This document shows, one piece after another, positions 9,252-18,499 of a stretch of DNA of 64,000 nucleotides. The notes beneath the pieces are model-generated. The model worked only from the letters and a program-made list of their open reading frames with translations, did no database searches and was not told where the DNA came from. Source of the stretch: Terrimicrobiaceae bacterium (GTDB lineage: Bacteria; Verrucomicrobiota; Verrucomicrobiia; Chthoniobacterales; Terrimicrobiaceae); assembly GCA_041752695.1 (NCBI GenBank), contig JBGSVZ010000085.1, positions 115,851-179,850 on the forward strand, read 5' to 3'. The number at the start of each line of letters is the position of its first letter. Positions within the stretch are counted from its first letter, which is position 1. Position numbers and translations under genes: made by a program.

Positions 9252-10778
9252 ATGCGTCGCCTTTCCGTCCTCCTGTCCCTGGCTGCCCTCCCGGCCTTCG
9301 CCGCAGAACCGACCCTCAGCATGGACCGGGTCCGGGCCGCCGTGACGGAACTGGAAAAATTCACCCTCACCGAGATGTCGGCCACGGGAATTCCCGGAGT
9401 CGCAATTGCCGTGGTGTTCCAGGATGAAGTCATCTTTGCCAAAGGCTTCGGGGTTCGGGAGGTGGGCAAAAAGGATCCCGTCGATGCGGATACCGTTTTT
9501 CTCCTCGCCTCCGTCTCCAAACCCATCGGCACCACCGTCGTCGCCGCCACCGTCGGCGACGACAAGGTTTCTTGGGACTCGCGCATCAGCGATCTTGATC
9601 CCGGCTTCGCCCTGTCCGAACCATGGGTCACCCGCGAAATCACGGTGCGGGATCTCTACGCCCACCGCAGTGGACTGCCCGATCATGCGGGAGACTTGCT
9701 GGAGGACATCGGATTTTCCCGCGCCGAAGTGCTCCACCGCCTGCGCTACCAGCAGCCGAACAGTAGCTTCCGGTCGGCCTACGCCTACACGAACTTCGGC
9801 CTTACCCAGGCCGCGGTCGCCGTCGCCCGAGCCGCGGGAAAATCGTGGGACGACCTTTCGGAAGAGCGGCTTTATCGTCCGCTCGGCATGACGTCCACCA
9901 GTTCACGCCATGCGGATTTTCTCGCCCGAAAAAATCGCGCCCTTGGCCATGTCCTTGAAAATGGCCGGTGGGTGCAGAAGTTTCAACGCAACCCCGATGA
10001 ACAAAGCCCCGCCGGCGGAGTCAGTTCCTCGGTCAACGACCTGACCAAATGGATGCGGCTGCAACTGGCGGACGGCCACTGGGCGGGCCAGCCCCTCGTG
10101 GCCCAGGCGGCTCTGGCGGAAACCCACCACCCGCAAATCCTCACGGGGTTCAGTCACACCACAGGCCTGCCCACGTTTTACGGCCTGGGCTGGAATGTGA
10201 GTTACGACCCACAGGGGAGACTGCGTTTGTCGCACTCCGGCGCCTTTAGCATGGGCGCGGCGACCGCGGTTTTTCTGGTGCCCGCGGAACGCCTTGGTGT
10301 GGTGATCCTGACGAACGCGGCACCCCTGGGCGTTGCCGAAGGCCTGGGCATGACATTCCTTGATCAGGCCCTCTCGGGCGCTCCCACGGCGGACTGGCTC
10401 ACCCTCTACAAAGGGGCCTTCGCCCAGATGGAAAAAGCCGACGCCGCGCGCATCGCGGACTACACGAAACTCCCTACGGCTCCCTCCCCGGCCGGACCCG
10501 CCGCCAGCTATCGCGGCACCTACTCCAACGAGGTCTTCGGGGAGATCACCATCACGGAAAAGGACGGCACCCTCACCCTCGGCATGGGACCGAAGAACGC
10601 GCCCTATCCCCTGACCCATTGGGACCGCGATGTCTTCACCTACCCCAGCGCGAGCGAAACCTTCGTCGGCACTTCCGGAGTATTCTTCACCAGGGGCCCC
10701 GACGGACGAGCCACCAGCGCCATCGTGGAAAACCTCAACCGGCTGGGCAACGGCACATTCCTGCGCAAGGCGGATTAA
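9252..10778 (+). CDS. Secreted serine hydrolase (beta-lactamase/AmpC-like family) with C-terminal DUF3471-like domain
   Basis: Signal peptide from ATG 9252 (MRRLSVLLSLAALPAFA); SxxK (ASVSKP), YTN and HSG motifs. Confidence 0.85.
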   Translation: MRRLSVLLSLAALPAFAAEPTLSMDRVRAAVTELEKFTLTEMSATGIPGVAIAVVFQDEVIFAKGFGVREVGKKDPVDADTVFLLASVSKPIGTTVVAATVGDDKVSWDSRISDLDPGFALSEPWVTREITVRDLYAHRSGLPDHAGDLLEDIGFSRAEVLHRLRYQQPNSSFRSAYAYTNFGLTQAAVAVARAAGKSWDDLSEERLYRPLGMTSTSSRHADFLARKNRALGHVLENGRWVQKFQRNPDEQSPAGGVSSSVNDLTKWMRLQLADGHWAGQPLVAQAALAETHHPQILTGFSHTTGLPTFYGLGWNVSYDPQGRLRLSHSGAFSMGAATAVFLVPAERLGVVILTNAAPLGVAEGLGMTFLDQALSGAPTADWLTLYKGAFAQMEKADAARIADYTKLPTAPSPAGPAASYRGTYSNEVFGEITITEKDGTLTLGMGPKNAPYPLTHWDRDVFTYPSASETFVGTSGVFFTRGPDGRATSAIVENLNRLGNGTFLRKAD

Positions 10779-10783
10779 CGAAA

Positions 10784-12148
10784 ATGTCTGCCCCTGCGGC
10801 CAGGTTGTGGTATTGGCTGCGCGCAGTGAAGTCTCTCTCTGCGCCGACCGCACGACCATTTCTGACCCTGCTCTGCCTGGGTGTGCTGTCCGGGTGCGCG
10901 GCATTCCGCCCCGAGCCCGCCGCAGACCTGTCCCGGCCGACCGGTGACGGCGCGCTGGCCCCGCTCACTGCCAGCGGACCCAAATCGCCCGCCCGGCTTC
11001 AATTGGAAGTGATGGATTTTTCCGACCGTTACGTGAACGGGATGTGGGCGGAGATTGACACCACCTTTGCCGGTGACCCCGACCGCGCGAAACGCGTCGC
11101 CGCCCTCTCCTGGAAACTGCGCTACGGCTCGGCCTCCATGGAAATCGCCAGCGGGGCCGATCCGCGCACCAACCTGCTCGACATGGCGATTTTTATTTCA
11201 GCCGGCGAATGGGCGCTCGACCGCTACTGGATTCCGGAGGTTTTCGGCGGCAAAGCGGATGGCCTGCGCCGCCACTATCGCGAGATGAACAAACTCGTCT
11301 GGGATCTGGTGGCCGACACGCTCACGGAAGAACAAACCCGGCTGCTGCGCTCCCTGGTTGATCAATGGATCGCGACCGACCCGAAGCAATTCGAAGTCTC
11401 GTCCATCCGATTTCGGAATCTCGAAGGGGTGAATCCCGAGGATTTCCGAAAGGAAAAATCCGCCCGCGGCCTCCTGGCCAGCGTGCGCCGCTGGCTGGGC
11501 GAGGTGAACACGTCCCTGCTCTTCGGCGAACGCGTGCTTTTTTACGTCGAACGCACCCCCCGCATTCTCAACCAACAAACCGACCTCACCCTGGCGCAAA
11601 TCGCCCACGATTTTCCCATCACCACCTTCCAACCCGATCTCAATCTCCTCACCGGCTATCTCGACACCCTGCCCGAACGCCTCCAGGCCGGGATCGATGA
11701 AAATCCCTGGCTCGCCAACGACCTTCTTCCGGGCGTGGGAGCAACCATTGCCGACGCCCGACAACTTGTCACGAGCTCGACCGCACTCGTCGCCTCCGCC
11801 ACGGAACTTTCCGCCAGCGTCAATGCCAGCGTGGATCGCCTTAACGCCCTCGCGGTCACCGCCGGACAATCCGGCGGCCCACCCATCGACTACCAGGCCA
11901 CCCTCACCCAGGCCGTGACCGCGCTGTCCAAGCTCGACTCCAGCGTCGCCGGACTGAACCAACTCCTCGCGACCGACGACACCGGCGGATCCAAACTCTC
12001 CACCCTGGTCGACGGCCTCGACGGACGCACCGAAGCCATGCTCGACCGCGCCTTTGAACGCGCGCTCTGGCTGATGGGGCTGTTTTTCGCAGGGATCGCC
12101 CTGCTCCTCCTGCTGGCCCGCTTGTTGTTCCCGCGCAAATCTTCCTAA
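10784..12148 (+). CDS. Hypothetical lipoprotein with helical body and C-terminal TM helix
   Basis: Lipobox LSGC, helical/coiled region, hydrophobic C-terminus ALWLMGLFFAGIALLLLLARLLF. Start uncertain. Confidence 0.7.
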   Translation: MSAPAARLWYWLRAVKSLSAPTARPFLTLLCLGVLSGCAAFRPEPAADLSRPTGDGALAPLTASGPKSPARLQLEVMDFSDRYVNGMWAEIDTTFAGDPDRAKRVAALSWKLRYGSASMEIASGADPRTNLLDMAIFISAGEWALDRYWIPEVFGGKADGLRRHYREMNKLVWDLVADTLTEEQTRLLRSLVDQWIATDPKQFEVSSIRFRNLEGVNPEDFRKEKSARGLLASVRRWLGEVNTSLLFGERVLFYVERTPRILNQQTDLTLAQIAHDFPITTFQPDLNLLTGYLDTLPERLQAGIDENPWLANDLLPGVGATIADARQLVTSSTALVASATELSASVNASVDRLNALAVTAGQSGGPPIDYQATLTQAVTALSKLDSSVAGLNQLLATDDTGGSKLSTLVDGLDGRTEAMLDRAFERALWLMGLFFAGIALLLLLARLLFPRKSS

Positions 12149-12179
12149 GAGGAGGGACGACCTTTGCCTTCGGCCACCC

Positions 12180-12995
12180 CTATTTCGGTTCCGAGCTCTC
12201 CCCGTCCTCCGGCTCCTCATCTTCGATCTCATGGCGCATCGCTTTTGAGATGAACGGCCGCACAAAGCCGTAAATGAGAAACAGCACGAACAGGATGGCC
12301 GGCATCCACTCGTAGAACATCGCGCTGAAAACCAGCACCACGATAATGAGGAGAAACCGCGGGATCGAGCGCTGCGACCGCCAGCCAAGGCCCTTAAAAC
12401 TCGGGTACCGCACATGACTGAACATCATGAACGAAAGAAAAAGCATCAGCCCCGCCAGGGCATATTTCCAATTGCCAATCTCCTTCGATCCCTCCTCCAT
12501 CCAGAGCATGAACAGGGTTAGCGACGCGATCAATCCGGCGGCGGCCGGAATGGGGAACCCGATAAATTCGTCGGTCTGCTTCTCGGTCTTGGACGCTGCA
12601 TAGCAGTTGAATCGCGCCAACCTCAGCACGCCACAAAGCAGAAAGACGAACGCGATCAACCACCCCGTACGGTAAAAATCCCGCAGCACAATCTGATAGA
12701 CCAACAACGCCGGAGCCATGCCGAACGACACCACGTCGGCTAGGGAATCAAACTCCCGACCGAATGGACTCTCCGTGCCCCCGAGCCGCGCCAGCCGCCC
12801 GTCGAGAAGGTCAAACACGCAGGCCCCCAGAATGAAGATGAGCGCTTGATGATAGAGATCGACCGCCGAATGCCCCTGTTTGATCGCCAGCGCCGCTTCG
12901 ATGATCCGCAGCACCGCGGCAAACCCGCAGAAAAGATTTCCCGCCGTCATCAAGTTCGGCAGGAGATAAATCTTCGGTTCTTCCTCGTCGTTCAT
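12180..12995 (-). CDS. pssA: CDP-diacylglycerol--serine O-phosphatidyltransferase
   Basis: LPNLMTAGN and CDP-alcohol motif DLLDGRLAR...GREFDSLADVVSFG. Coupled to psd. Confidence 0.92.
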   Translation of the reverse strand: MNDEEEPKIYLLPNLMTAGNLFCGFAAVLRIIEAALAIKQGHSAVDLYHQALIFILGACVFDLLDGRLARLGGTESPFGREFDSLADVVSFGMAPALLVYQIVLRDFYRTGWLIAFVFLLCGVLRLARFNCYAASKTEKQTDEFIGFPIPAAAGLIASLTLFMLWMEEGSKEIGNWKYALAGLMLFLSFMMFSHVRYPSFKGLGWRSQRSIPRFLLIIVVLVFSAMFYEWMPAILFVLFLIYGFVRPFISKAMRHEIEDEEPEDGESSEPK

Positions 12996-13636
12996 GATGC
13001 CATCCGCGCCACCGCGGTTTCCCCGCCAAGCACGCGATCCCCGACCTTGACCAAAATCTCCGCATCGAGGGGGAAATCCACTTCCGTGCGCGACCCGAAC
13101 CGGATCATGCCGAATCGCTCACCGCGCTCCAGCCCGTCGCCCACTTGTTTCCAGGGACAAATCCGCCGCGCGATCGCCCCTGTGATCTGCCGCACCACCA
13201 CCGAGGCCTTCGGCCCCTGGATCACCCACGTGCGCCGGGCGTTCACCTTCGACGACTCCGGGTTCCTCGCATCAAGGTATTTCCCGGTGAACGGCTCCGA
13301 ATGGGTCACCTCCCCGGCAATGGGAGCGCGATTAATATGCACGTCGAAGACGGACAAAAAAATCACCACCCGGCGAACCCGGGCATTCAGGAATTCCGTT
13401 TCCTCCGTCTCAAAGACATCCATGACCAAACCGTCGGCCGGCGCTACCGCCAGCTTTTCGTCCGCCGGGGGCACCCGCTTGGGATCCCTAAAAAAATACA
13501 GGGTAAAGAGAATCAGCAGCGCAAAAACGACCGACACCAGCGGCAGCAGGGCCATCGTGGCGAGCCAGCACACCGCCAGCACAGCCAAAATCCAGCGGGC
13601 TTCTTCGAGAGCGCGATACTTCATCGCGGGCATCAT
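12992..13636 (-). CDS. psd: Phosphatidylserine decarboxylase proenzyme
   Basis: FFRDP, APADG, FLSVFDVHINRAP, ARRI and FGSR autocleavage motif. Confidence 0.93.
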   Translation of the reverse strand: MMPAMKYRALEEARWILAVLAVCWLATMALLPLVSVVFALLILFTLYFFRDPKRVPPADEKLAVAPADGLVMDVFETEETEFLNARVRRVVIFLSVFDVHINRAPIAGEVTHSEPFTGKYLDARNPESSKVNARRTWVIQGPKASVVVRQITGAIARRICPWKQVGDGLERGERFGMIRFGSRTEVDFPLDAEILVKVGDRVLGGETAVARMAS

Positions 13637-13678
13637 AAAAACTTTGCGCCCCGCGGCCAGCGGATTATCGCATTCCCT

Positions 13679-13737
13679 GGTCGGACGCTATTCCCTCAAG
13701 CGCCGTCGTCGGAGCTTTGGGGACAACGCTCCCTACC
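13679..13737. repeat. Imperfect REP-like inverted repeat
   Basis: GGTCGGACGCTATTCCCTCAAGCGCCG...CGGAGCTTTGGGGACAACGCTCCCTACC. The right arm reads GGTAG on the minus strand. Intergenic. Confidence 0.5.
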
Positions 13738-13790
13738 GATCCGTAATTCCCGCTGTTGAAATCCCCCCGCCACCCGCTAACCTGCCTGTT

Positions 13791-14324
13791 GTGACCGCAT
13801 CAGCAGAAATGACGATGGCCGACCTTCTGGCCGAATACCCCGGCGCACAGCGTGCGCTTTTTCGTGCCTACCATATCGGCGGCTGTTCCAGCTGCGGCTT
13901 CCGGCCCGACGAAACCGTGGGCGAAGTCTGCCGGCGCAACGACAACCTCGACCCCGACGACGTCCTCACAACCGTTCGTACCGCCTGGGAACAGGACGAA
14001 GCCATGATGGTTTCGCCCGCCGCGCTAAAAGCCCTCCTCGACGCCGGCACGGTGGAGATTCTCGATATCCGCACGAAGGAGGAACGCGAAGCGGTGCACA
14101 TCGCCGGCACCCGCCATTTCGACCAGACCCTCATGCAGGAAGTCCTCGCCTCCCGACCGAAGGACAGCCTCCTCGTCATCCTCGACCACACCGGCACCCG
14201 CTCGCTGGACGCCGCCGCGTATTTCGCCGGTCACGGCTTCACCAATGTCAAATGCCTCCGCGGCGGAATCGACGCCTGGAGCGAACAGATTGACCCCAAC
14301 CTTCCCCGCTACTCTCTCGAATGA
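13791..14324 (+). CDS. Rhodanese-like domain protein with N-terminal CxxC (DUF1858-like) domain
   Basis: YHIGGCSSC N-domain; C-terminal rhodanese fold (LDIRT, GFTNVKCLRGGIDAW). Start is GTG 13791 or ATG 13809; the upstream part of track ORF 12846 is antisense to psd. Confidence 0.8.
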   Translation: MTASAEMTMADLLAEYPGAQRALFRAYHIGGCSSCGFRPDETVGEVCRRNDNLDPDDVLTTVRTAWEQDEAMMVSPAALKALLDAGTVEILDIRTKEEREAVHIAGTRHFDQTLMQEVLASRPKDSLLVILDHTGTRSLDAAAYFAGHGFTNVKCLRGGIDAWSEQIDPNLPRYSLE

Positions 14325-14779
14325 ACGACGACCTCGAATCCAAAATCCAAGCCGCCCTGCAAAACCCGCAGAATGTCGGCGAAATGGACGGCGCCGATGC
14401 GGTTGGCACCGTCGGCAGCGAAAACTGCGGCGACATGCTCCGCATGTGGGTGAAGTTTAAGGAGGAGAATGGCCGCAAAGTCATCGACAAGGCCACTTTC
14501 CAGACCTTCGGCTGCCAGACCGCCATCGCCGTCGCCAGTGTCGCCACGGAACTTATCCGCGGCAAAACCTCCGCGGAAGCCCTCGCTCTGTCCGGCGAAG
14601 AACTCGCCTCACCGCTCGGCTCCCTGCCGCCCATGAAAATTCATTGCGCCCAACTCGTCGAAGGGGCCTTGAAAAACGCCCTCACCGGCGAAACCGCCCC
14701 AGCCGCTGCACCCATGGCCCCCACCCTGATGGACCAACTTTCCGGCCCTCAACACGTAAAGATCGTCCTGAAAAAATAA
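14321..14779 (+). CDS. IscU/NifU-N family Fe-S cluster scaffold protein
   Basis: NPQNVG, GSENCGD, TFGC and PPMKIHC: the three scaffold cysteines. Confidence 0.9.
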   Translation: MNDDLESKIQAALQNPQNVGEMDGADAVGTVGSENCGDMLRMWVKFKEENGRKVIDKATFQTFGCQTAIAVASVATELIRGKTSAEALALSGEELASPLGSLPPMKIHCAQLVEGALKNALTGETAPAAAPMAPTLMDQLSGPQHVKIVLKK

Positions 14780-14781
14780 GA

Positions 14782-14855
14782 ACCGCGGATGACACGGATG
14801 GCGCGGATAAAAACATGCTCTTCTCCCTATCCGCCCTATCCCTTTAATCCGCGGT
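14782..14855. repeat. Triple-unit inverted repeat (CGGAT x3 ... ATCC(G) x3)
   Basis: ACCGCGGATGACACGGATGGCGCGGATA, spacer, TATCCGCCCTATCCCTTTAATCCGCGGT. Confidence 0.65.
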
Positions 14856-14902
14856 CAAAAACGCCTTTCTCCTCCTTAAAACATAAGACTTAAAACTTTC
14901 CC

Positions 14903-15445
14903 ATGGAAAACCGCGAAATCTCTCTCTCCCGCGACTGCGACGCCATCCAGATCCCGAGTGGACACCCCATCGTCCTGCCCGCGGGCATGGGCGTTGTCAT
15001 CACCCAATCCCTTGGCGGCACCTACACCGTCGCCACTCCCGGCGGCCTCGCCCGCATCGCTCTCGATGACGTGGACGCCCTCGGCCTTGACCCGGCGGCC
15101 GAAGCCCAACAAGCCGCGGTCAAAATCGGCGGCCCCACCGAGGACGCCGTCTGGTCCCAGCTGAAGACCGTTTTTGATCCCGAGATTCCCGTCAACGTGG
15201 TGGACCTCGGCCTCATTTACGACTGCAAGCTCGACAAAAAAGAAGCAGGCGGCACCAACGTCCTTATCCGCATGACCCTCACGGCCCCCGGCTGCGGCAT
15301 GGGCCCGGCCATCGCGGCGGACGCCCGCCAAAAAATCCTCGCCGTCGAAGGCATCGACGAAGCCGAAGTCGAACTCGTATGGGACCCGCCATGGAGCCAA
15401 TCCATGATCAGCGAAGAAGGCCGGATGAAGCTGGGGTTGGTGTAG
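14903..15445 (+). CDS. sufT: Fe-S cluster assembly protein SufT (DUF59)
   Basis: N-terminal RDCDAIQIPSG/ITQSLGG domain plus DPEIPVNVVDLGLIY, MTLTAPGCGMG and VWDPPW. Confidence 0.88.
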   Translation: MENREISLSRDCDAIQIPSGHPIVLPAGMGVVITQSLGGTYTVATPGGLARIALDDVDALGLDPAAEAQQAAVKIGGPTEDAVWSQLKTVFDPEIPVNVVDLGLIYDCKLDKKEAGGTNVLIRMTLTAPGCGMGPAIAADARQKILAVEGIDEAEVELVWDPPWSQSMISEEGRMKLGLV

Positions 15446-15458
15446 GCGTCATCCCGCT

Positions 15459-16037
15459 TTAATCCCTCCGGCTGTACCGCGCAGGCCGCTTGATCTCGGA
15501 ACGGTCAGCCATATTCCGAAATTTCCAGAACCGCTCGAAATCGTCGGACACAAAGTAGTGCCGAGGCTCGCCCGCGACATTCGTGTACGAAATCGAGAAT
15601 GTCGTCCCATGTCGCGAGCCAATAGTGAAGGCATCCTCTGGCTGAGGAGCGGTCAGCGTGCCTTCAGCAACGAGTTCGCGAAAGACACTCCTGACATCAT
15701 CCTGGCGTTTAGCCCCCAAGTCACTCTTGCTGAACCCAAGGAGAATGGGGGAAGCGCACCAAAGCAGGCAGAGATACACCACGCAGCGTAATGCGAATCG
15801 CGTCAACAAAGGACGTTGCAGAACCGACGCTCCACTCCACATCAACAAACCAAGGAACGACGTTATGGCGAGACCCATGGTGAAATAGGGCTTGCCGTGG
15901 AACAAATCTGGAAAAAAGACTGGCCCGATAAATGAACCGATGGCGAGCACCTGGACCAGCAACAGGGCATAAAGAAGGATCCTCCATCCGAGGTCAGCGG
16001 TCGGCCACTGCTCCAAAGGGGGATCCTGCGAGGACAT
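15459..16037 (-). CDS. Hypothetical membrane protein
   Basis: About 3 hydrophobic segments followed by a soluble domain. Start taken at MSSQDPP. No family recognised. Confidence 0.55.
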   Translation of the reverse strand: MSSQDPPLEQWPTADLGWRILLYALLLVQVLAIGSFIGPVFFPDLFHGKPYFTMGLAITSFLGLLMWSGASVLQRPLLTRFALRCVVYLCLLWCASPILLGFSKSDLGAKRQDDVRSVFRELVAEGTLTAPQPEDAFTIGSRHGTTFSISYTNVAGEPRHYFVSDDFERFWKFRNMADRSEIKRPARYSRRD

Positions 16038-16162
16038 GGGTGGAGGTTTAGCAACGAGGCGAGGTATTGTCGAGCGGGCGCTCTTCAGTGTGGGCCGCAC
16101 ATGCCAAACGGGACGTTTTCCGTTGGCTTGCAAAGCGCACCTGGTCCGCCTAAAGGTTCCTT

Positions 16163-16738
16163 ATGGCCAGTGCCCTTCGAGCGGACTATTTCGTGAGCGT
16201 GGAGGATTACCTCTCGGGAGAGAGAATCAGCCAGCAGAAGCACGAATATCTAGCGGGGATGGTGTATGCCATGGCAGGAACAACGATCAATCATGATCGG
16301 ATCGCCAATAACATCATTTCCTCCCTCCATGCCCAGCTTCGCGGCAAACCATGCGAGGTGTTTTCGTCGGATGTGAAAGTGCGCATCCAGCGCGACGCGG
16401 CGAACTTTTTCTACTACCCAGACGTGACGGTGGATTGTTCAGGCGCCACGGGATCCTCACTGTATGCGGAACAGCCAAAAGTCATTTTTGAAATCACATC
16501 GCCGGATACGGAGCGAGTGGACCGCGGCGAAAAGCTTCGCAACTACCAGTCCCTGCCCACCCTCGATGTCTATGCAATTTTGGACCAGTTCCACATCGCC
16601 GTGAGTATCTATCGCCGCACTCCGGCAGGATGGGTTCATGAGTTTCTGACGGAACTGACGGACGTGCTCGACCTCGTGCCCATTGGCTGCAATCTGGCAA
16701 TTTCAGCCGCCTACGAACGAACGGGCATCCGCGTTTGA
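16163..16738 (+). CDS. Uma2 family endonuclease (DUF820)
   Basis: KHEYLAG..YAMAG, YYPDVTVDC, FEITSPDTE..DRGEK motifs. Confidence 0.92.
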   Translation: MASALRADYFVSVEDYLSGERISQQKHEYLAGMVYAMAGTTINHDRIANNIISSLHAQLRGKPCEVFSSDVKVRIQRDAANFFYYPDVTVDCSGATGSSLYAEQPKVIFEITSPDTERVDRGEKLRNYQSLPTLDVYAILDQFHIAVSIYRRTPAGWVHEFLTELTDVLDLVPIGCNLAISAAYERTGIRV

Positions 16739-16761
16739 GACGTCGGACCCACCACCCTCTC

Positions 16762-18399
16762 TCATGCCGGATTTGCCAGCGGAAGAAATTGAAACGCCGT
16801 GCCGTCGAAGAGCCCCTGGTCGCTGAGCTTTAATTCGGGGATGACGAGGAGCGCCATGAAGGAAAGGGTCATGAGGGGAGCACGCAAGGGCGAGCCCAGT
16901 TCGCGGGCAAAGGCTTCCACCGCCGCATAACCGGTGGCGGCCTCCCCGGCGGTGAGGTCGGACATCAACCCGGCAATCGGCAGCGGCACGACACGCTCTG
17001 CGTCGGGAGACACCGCGCAGACCCCGCCACAGTTGGCAACAAGGAGGTTAATGGCGCGGCAAAGCGATTCGTCGTCTGCTCCCACGGCAATGATGTTGTG
17101 AGAGTCGTGGGCGACGGATGAGGCGATGGCACCACGCGTGAGGCCGAAGTTGGTCACAAACGCCAGGGCGGGGGTGGCGGAGGGATGGTACCGGCTGAGG
17201 ACGGCAATCTTGAGAAAATCGCGGGACGGGTCCGCGCACAATTCGCCATCTTGCGGAACCATCAGGTGGGTCTCCCGCCCGGTGACCAGCTGTCCATCCT
17301 CGACGGCGATCACTTCGACGCTGGCCGTGGGGTGCGGGCACGGGATGCGAAGGGCGTCGGCAGTGATGGGGACGGCCGCGAAACGATTGACCAGAGCAGG
17401 CGCGGTGAACGGCACGAGGGAGGCGCCGCCTTCCGCAACGAGGCGGCCGTTCACATAGGTCTGGCGGACGGGAAAATCGGTCAGGTTTTCCACGACAAGA
17501 AAATCCGCCGGATCCCCCTGGCGAAGAAGGCCAACAGACAGACGGTAATGTTCCACCGGATGGCGGCAGGCAATGCGCAGGGCCGTGATAGGATCGAGCC
17601 CCGCAGCCACCGCCCGGCGGACAAGGAGGTTGATGTGGCCGAGAGCCAGCGAGTCGGGATGGAGGTCGTCGCTGCAAAACATACACTGCCCGGGATGGGA
17701 GAAGAGAAGCGGTTCGAGCGCATCGTAGTTGCGCGCCGCGGAGCCTTCACGAATGAGAATCTTCAGGCCCGAGGCCAGTTTGTCGTGCGCCTCTTCGAGG
17801 CTGGTGCATTCGTGATCGGTGGTAATCCCGGCCGCCGCGTAAGCCGCCGCCTGCGGGTTGCGGAGCTGCGGGGCGTGACCGTCCACCGGCTTGCCGGCAG
17901 ACCGGGCCGCCGAGATTTTGGCCAGGAGGTCCGGGTCGCCGCGCAGCACGCCCGGATAGTTCATCACCTCACTAAGAAAGAACACGTCGGGCCGGGTCAG
18001 GAGCTCGCCCACCGCCGCCGCATCGAGCGTGGCTCCGGCCGTCTCAAACCCCGTGGCCGGAACGCAGGAAGGCGCGCCGTAAAAAATCTTCAGGGCCGCA
18101 CCGCGGCTCTCGCGAATCATGTAATCCACGCCCTCGACCCCAAGAACGTTGGCAATCTCGTGCGGGTCCGAGACCGTCGCGACCGTGCCATGAACCGACG
18201 CCGCACGGGCGAATTCCGCCGGGGATAACATCGAACTCTCAATGTGAATGTGCGCATCGACGAATCCGGGGATGAGAAAATGCCCAAACTTTTCCTGGCT
18301 CGGATCGATGCGAAGGATACGACCGTTTTCCACAAAAACCTCCCCGGCAAAAATCTCGCCCCGAAAAAGGTCCACGATGTTGCCCCGAACGCCGAACAT
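16762..18399 (-). CDS. ade: Adenine deaminase
   Basis: PGFVDAHIHIESSM, DPHEIANV, VDGHAP, TDHEC, IREGSAA and SSVAHDSHN motifs. Confidence 0.95.
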   Translation of the reverse strand: MFGVRGNIVDLFRGEIFAGEVFVENGRILRIDPSQEKFGHFLIPGFVDAHIHIESSMLSPAEFARAASVHGTVATVSDPHEIANVLGVEGVDYMIRESRGAALKIFYGAPSCVPATGFETAGATLDAAAVGELLTRPDVFFLSEVMNYPGVLRGDPDLLAKISAARSAGKPVDGHAPQLRNPQAAAYAAAGITTDHECTSLEEAHDKLASGLKILIREGSAARNYDALEPLLFSHPGQCMFCSDDLHPDSLALGHINLLVRRAVAAGLDPITALRIACRHPVEHYRLSVGLLRQGDPADFLVVENLTDFPVRQTYVNGRLVAEGGASLVPFTAPALVNRFAAVPITADALRIPCPHPTASVEVIAVEDGQLVTGRETHLMVPQDGELCADPSRDFLKIAVLSRYHPSATPALAFVTNFGLTRGAIASSVAHDSHNIIAVGADDESLCRAINLLVANCGGVCAVSPDAERVVPLPIAGLMSDLTAGEAATGYAAVEAFARELGSPLRAPLMTLSFMALLVIPELKLSDQGLFDGTAFQFLPLANPA

Positions 18400-18499
18400 A
18401 TCGTGATCGTAGGGAAATCAACCCCCCGGTTCCCACTCTTAATTGAAAAAAACTCCCCTTGGCGCGCCCCCCACGCCGCCCGTATCGTAGAGGGTTCAC

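Noticed and set aside
9252..10778. Antibiotic-resistance beta-lactamase
   Set aside because: Motifs place it only in the broad serine hydrolase family; the C-terminal accessory domain is more typical of peptidase/esterase members.
12846..13790. Apparent 492-aa rhodanese fusion
   Set aside because: The upstream part is antisense to psd/pssA and crosses an intergenic repeat; the real gene starts near 13791-13809.
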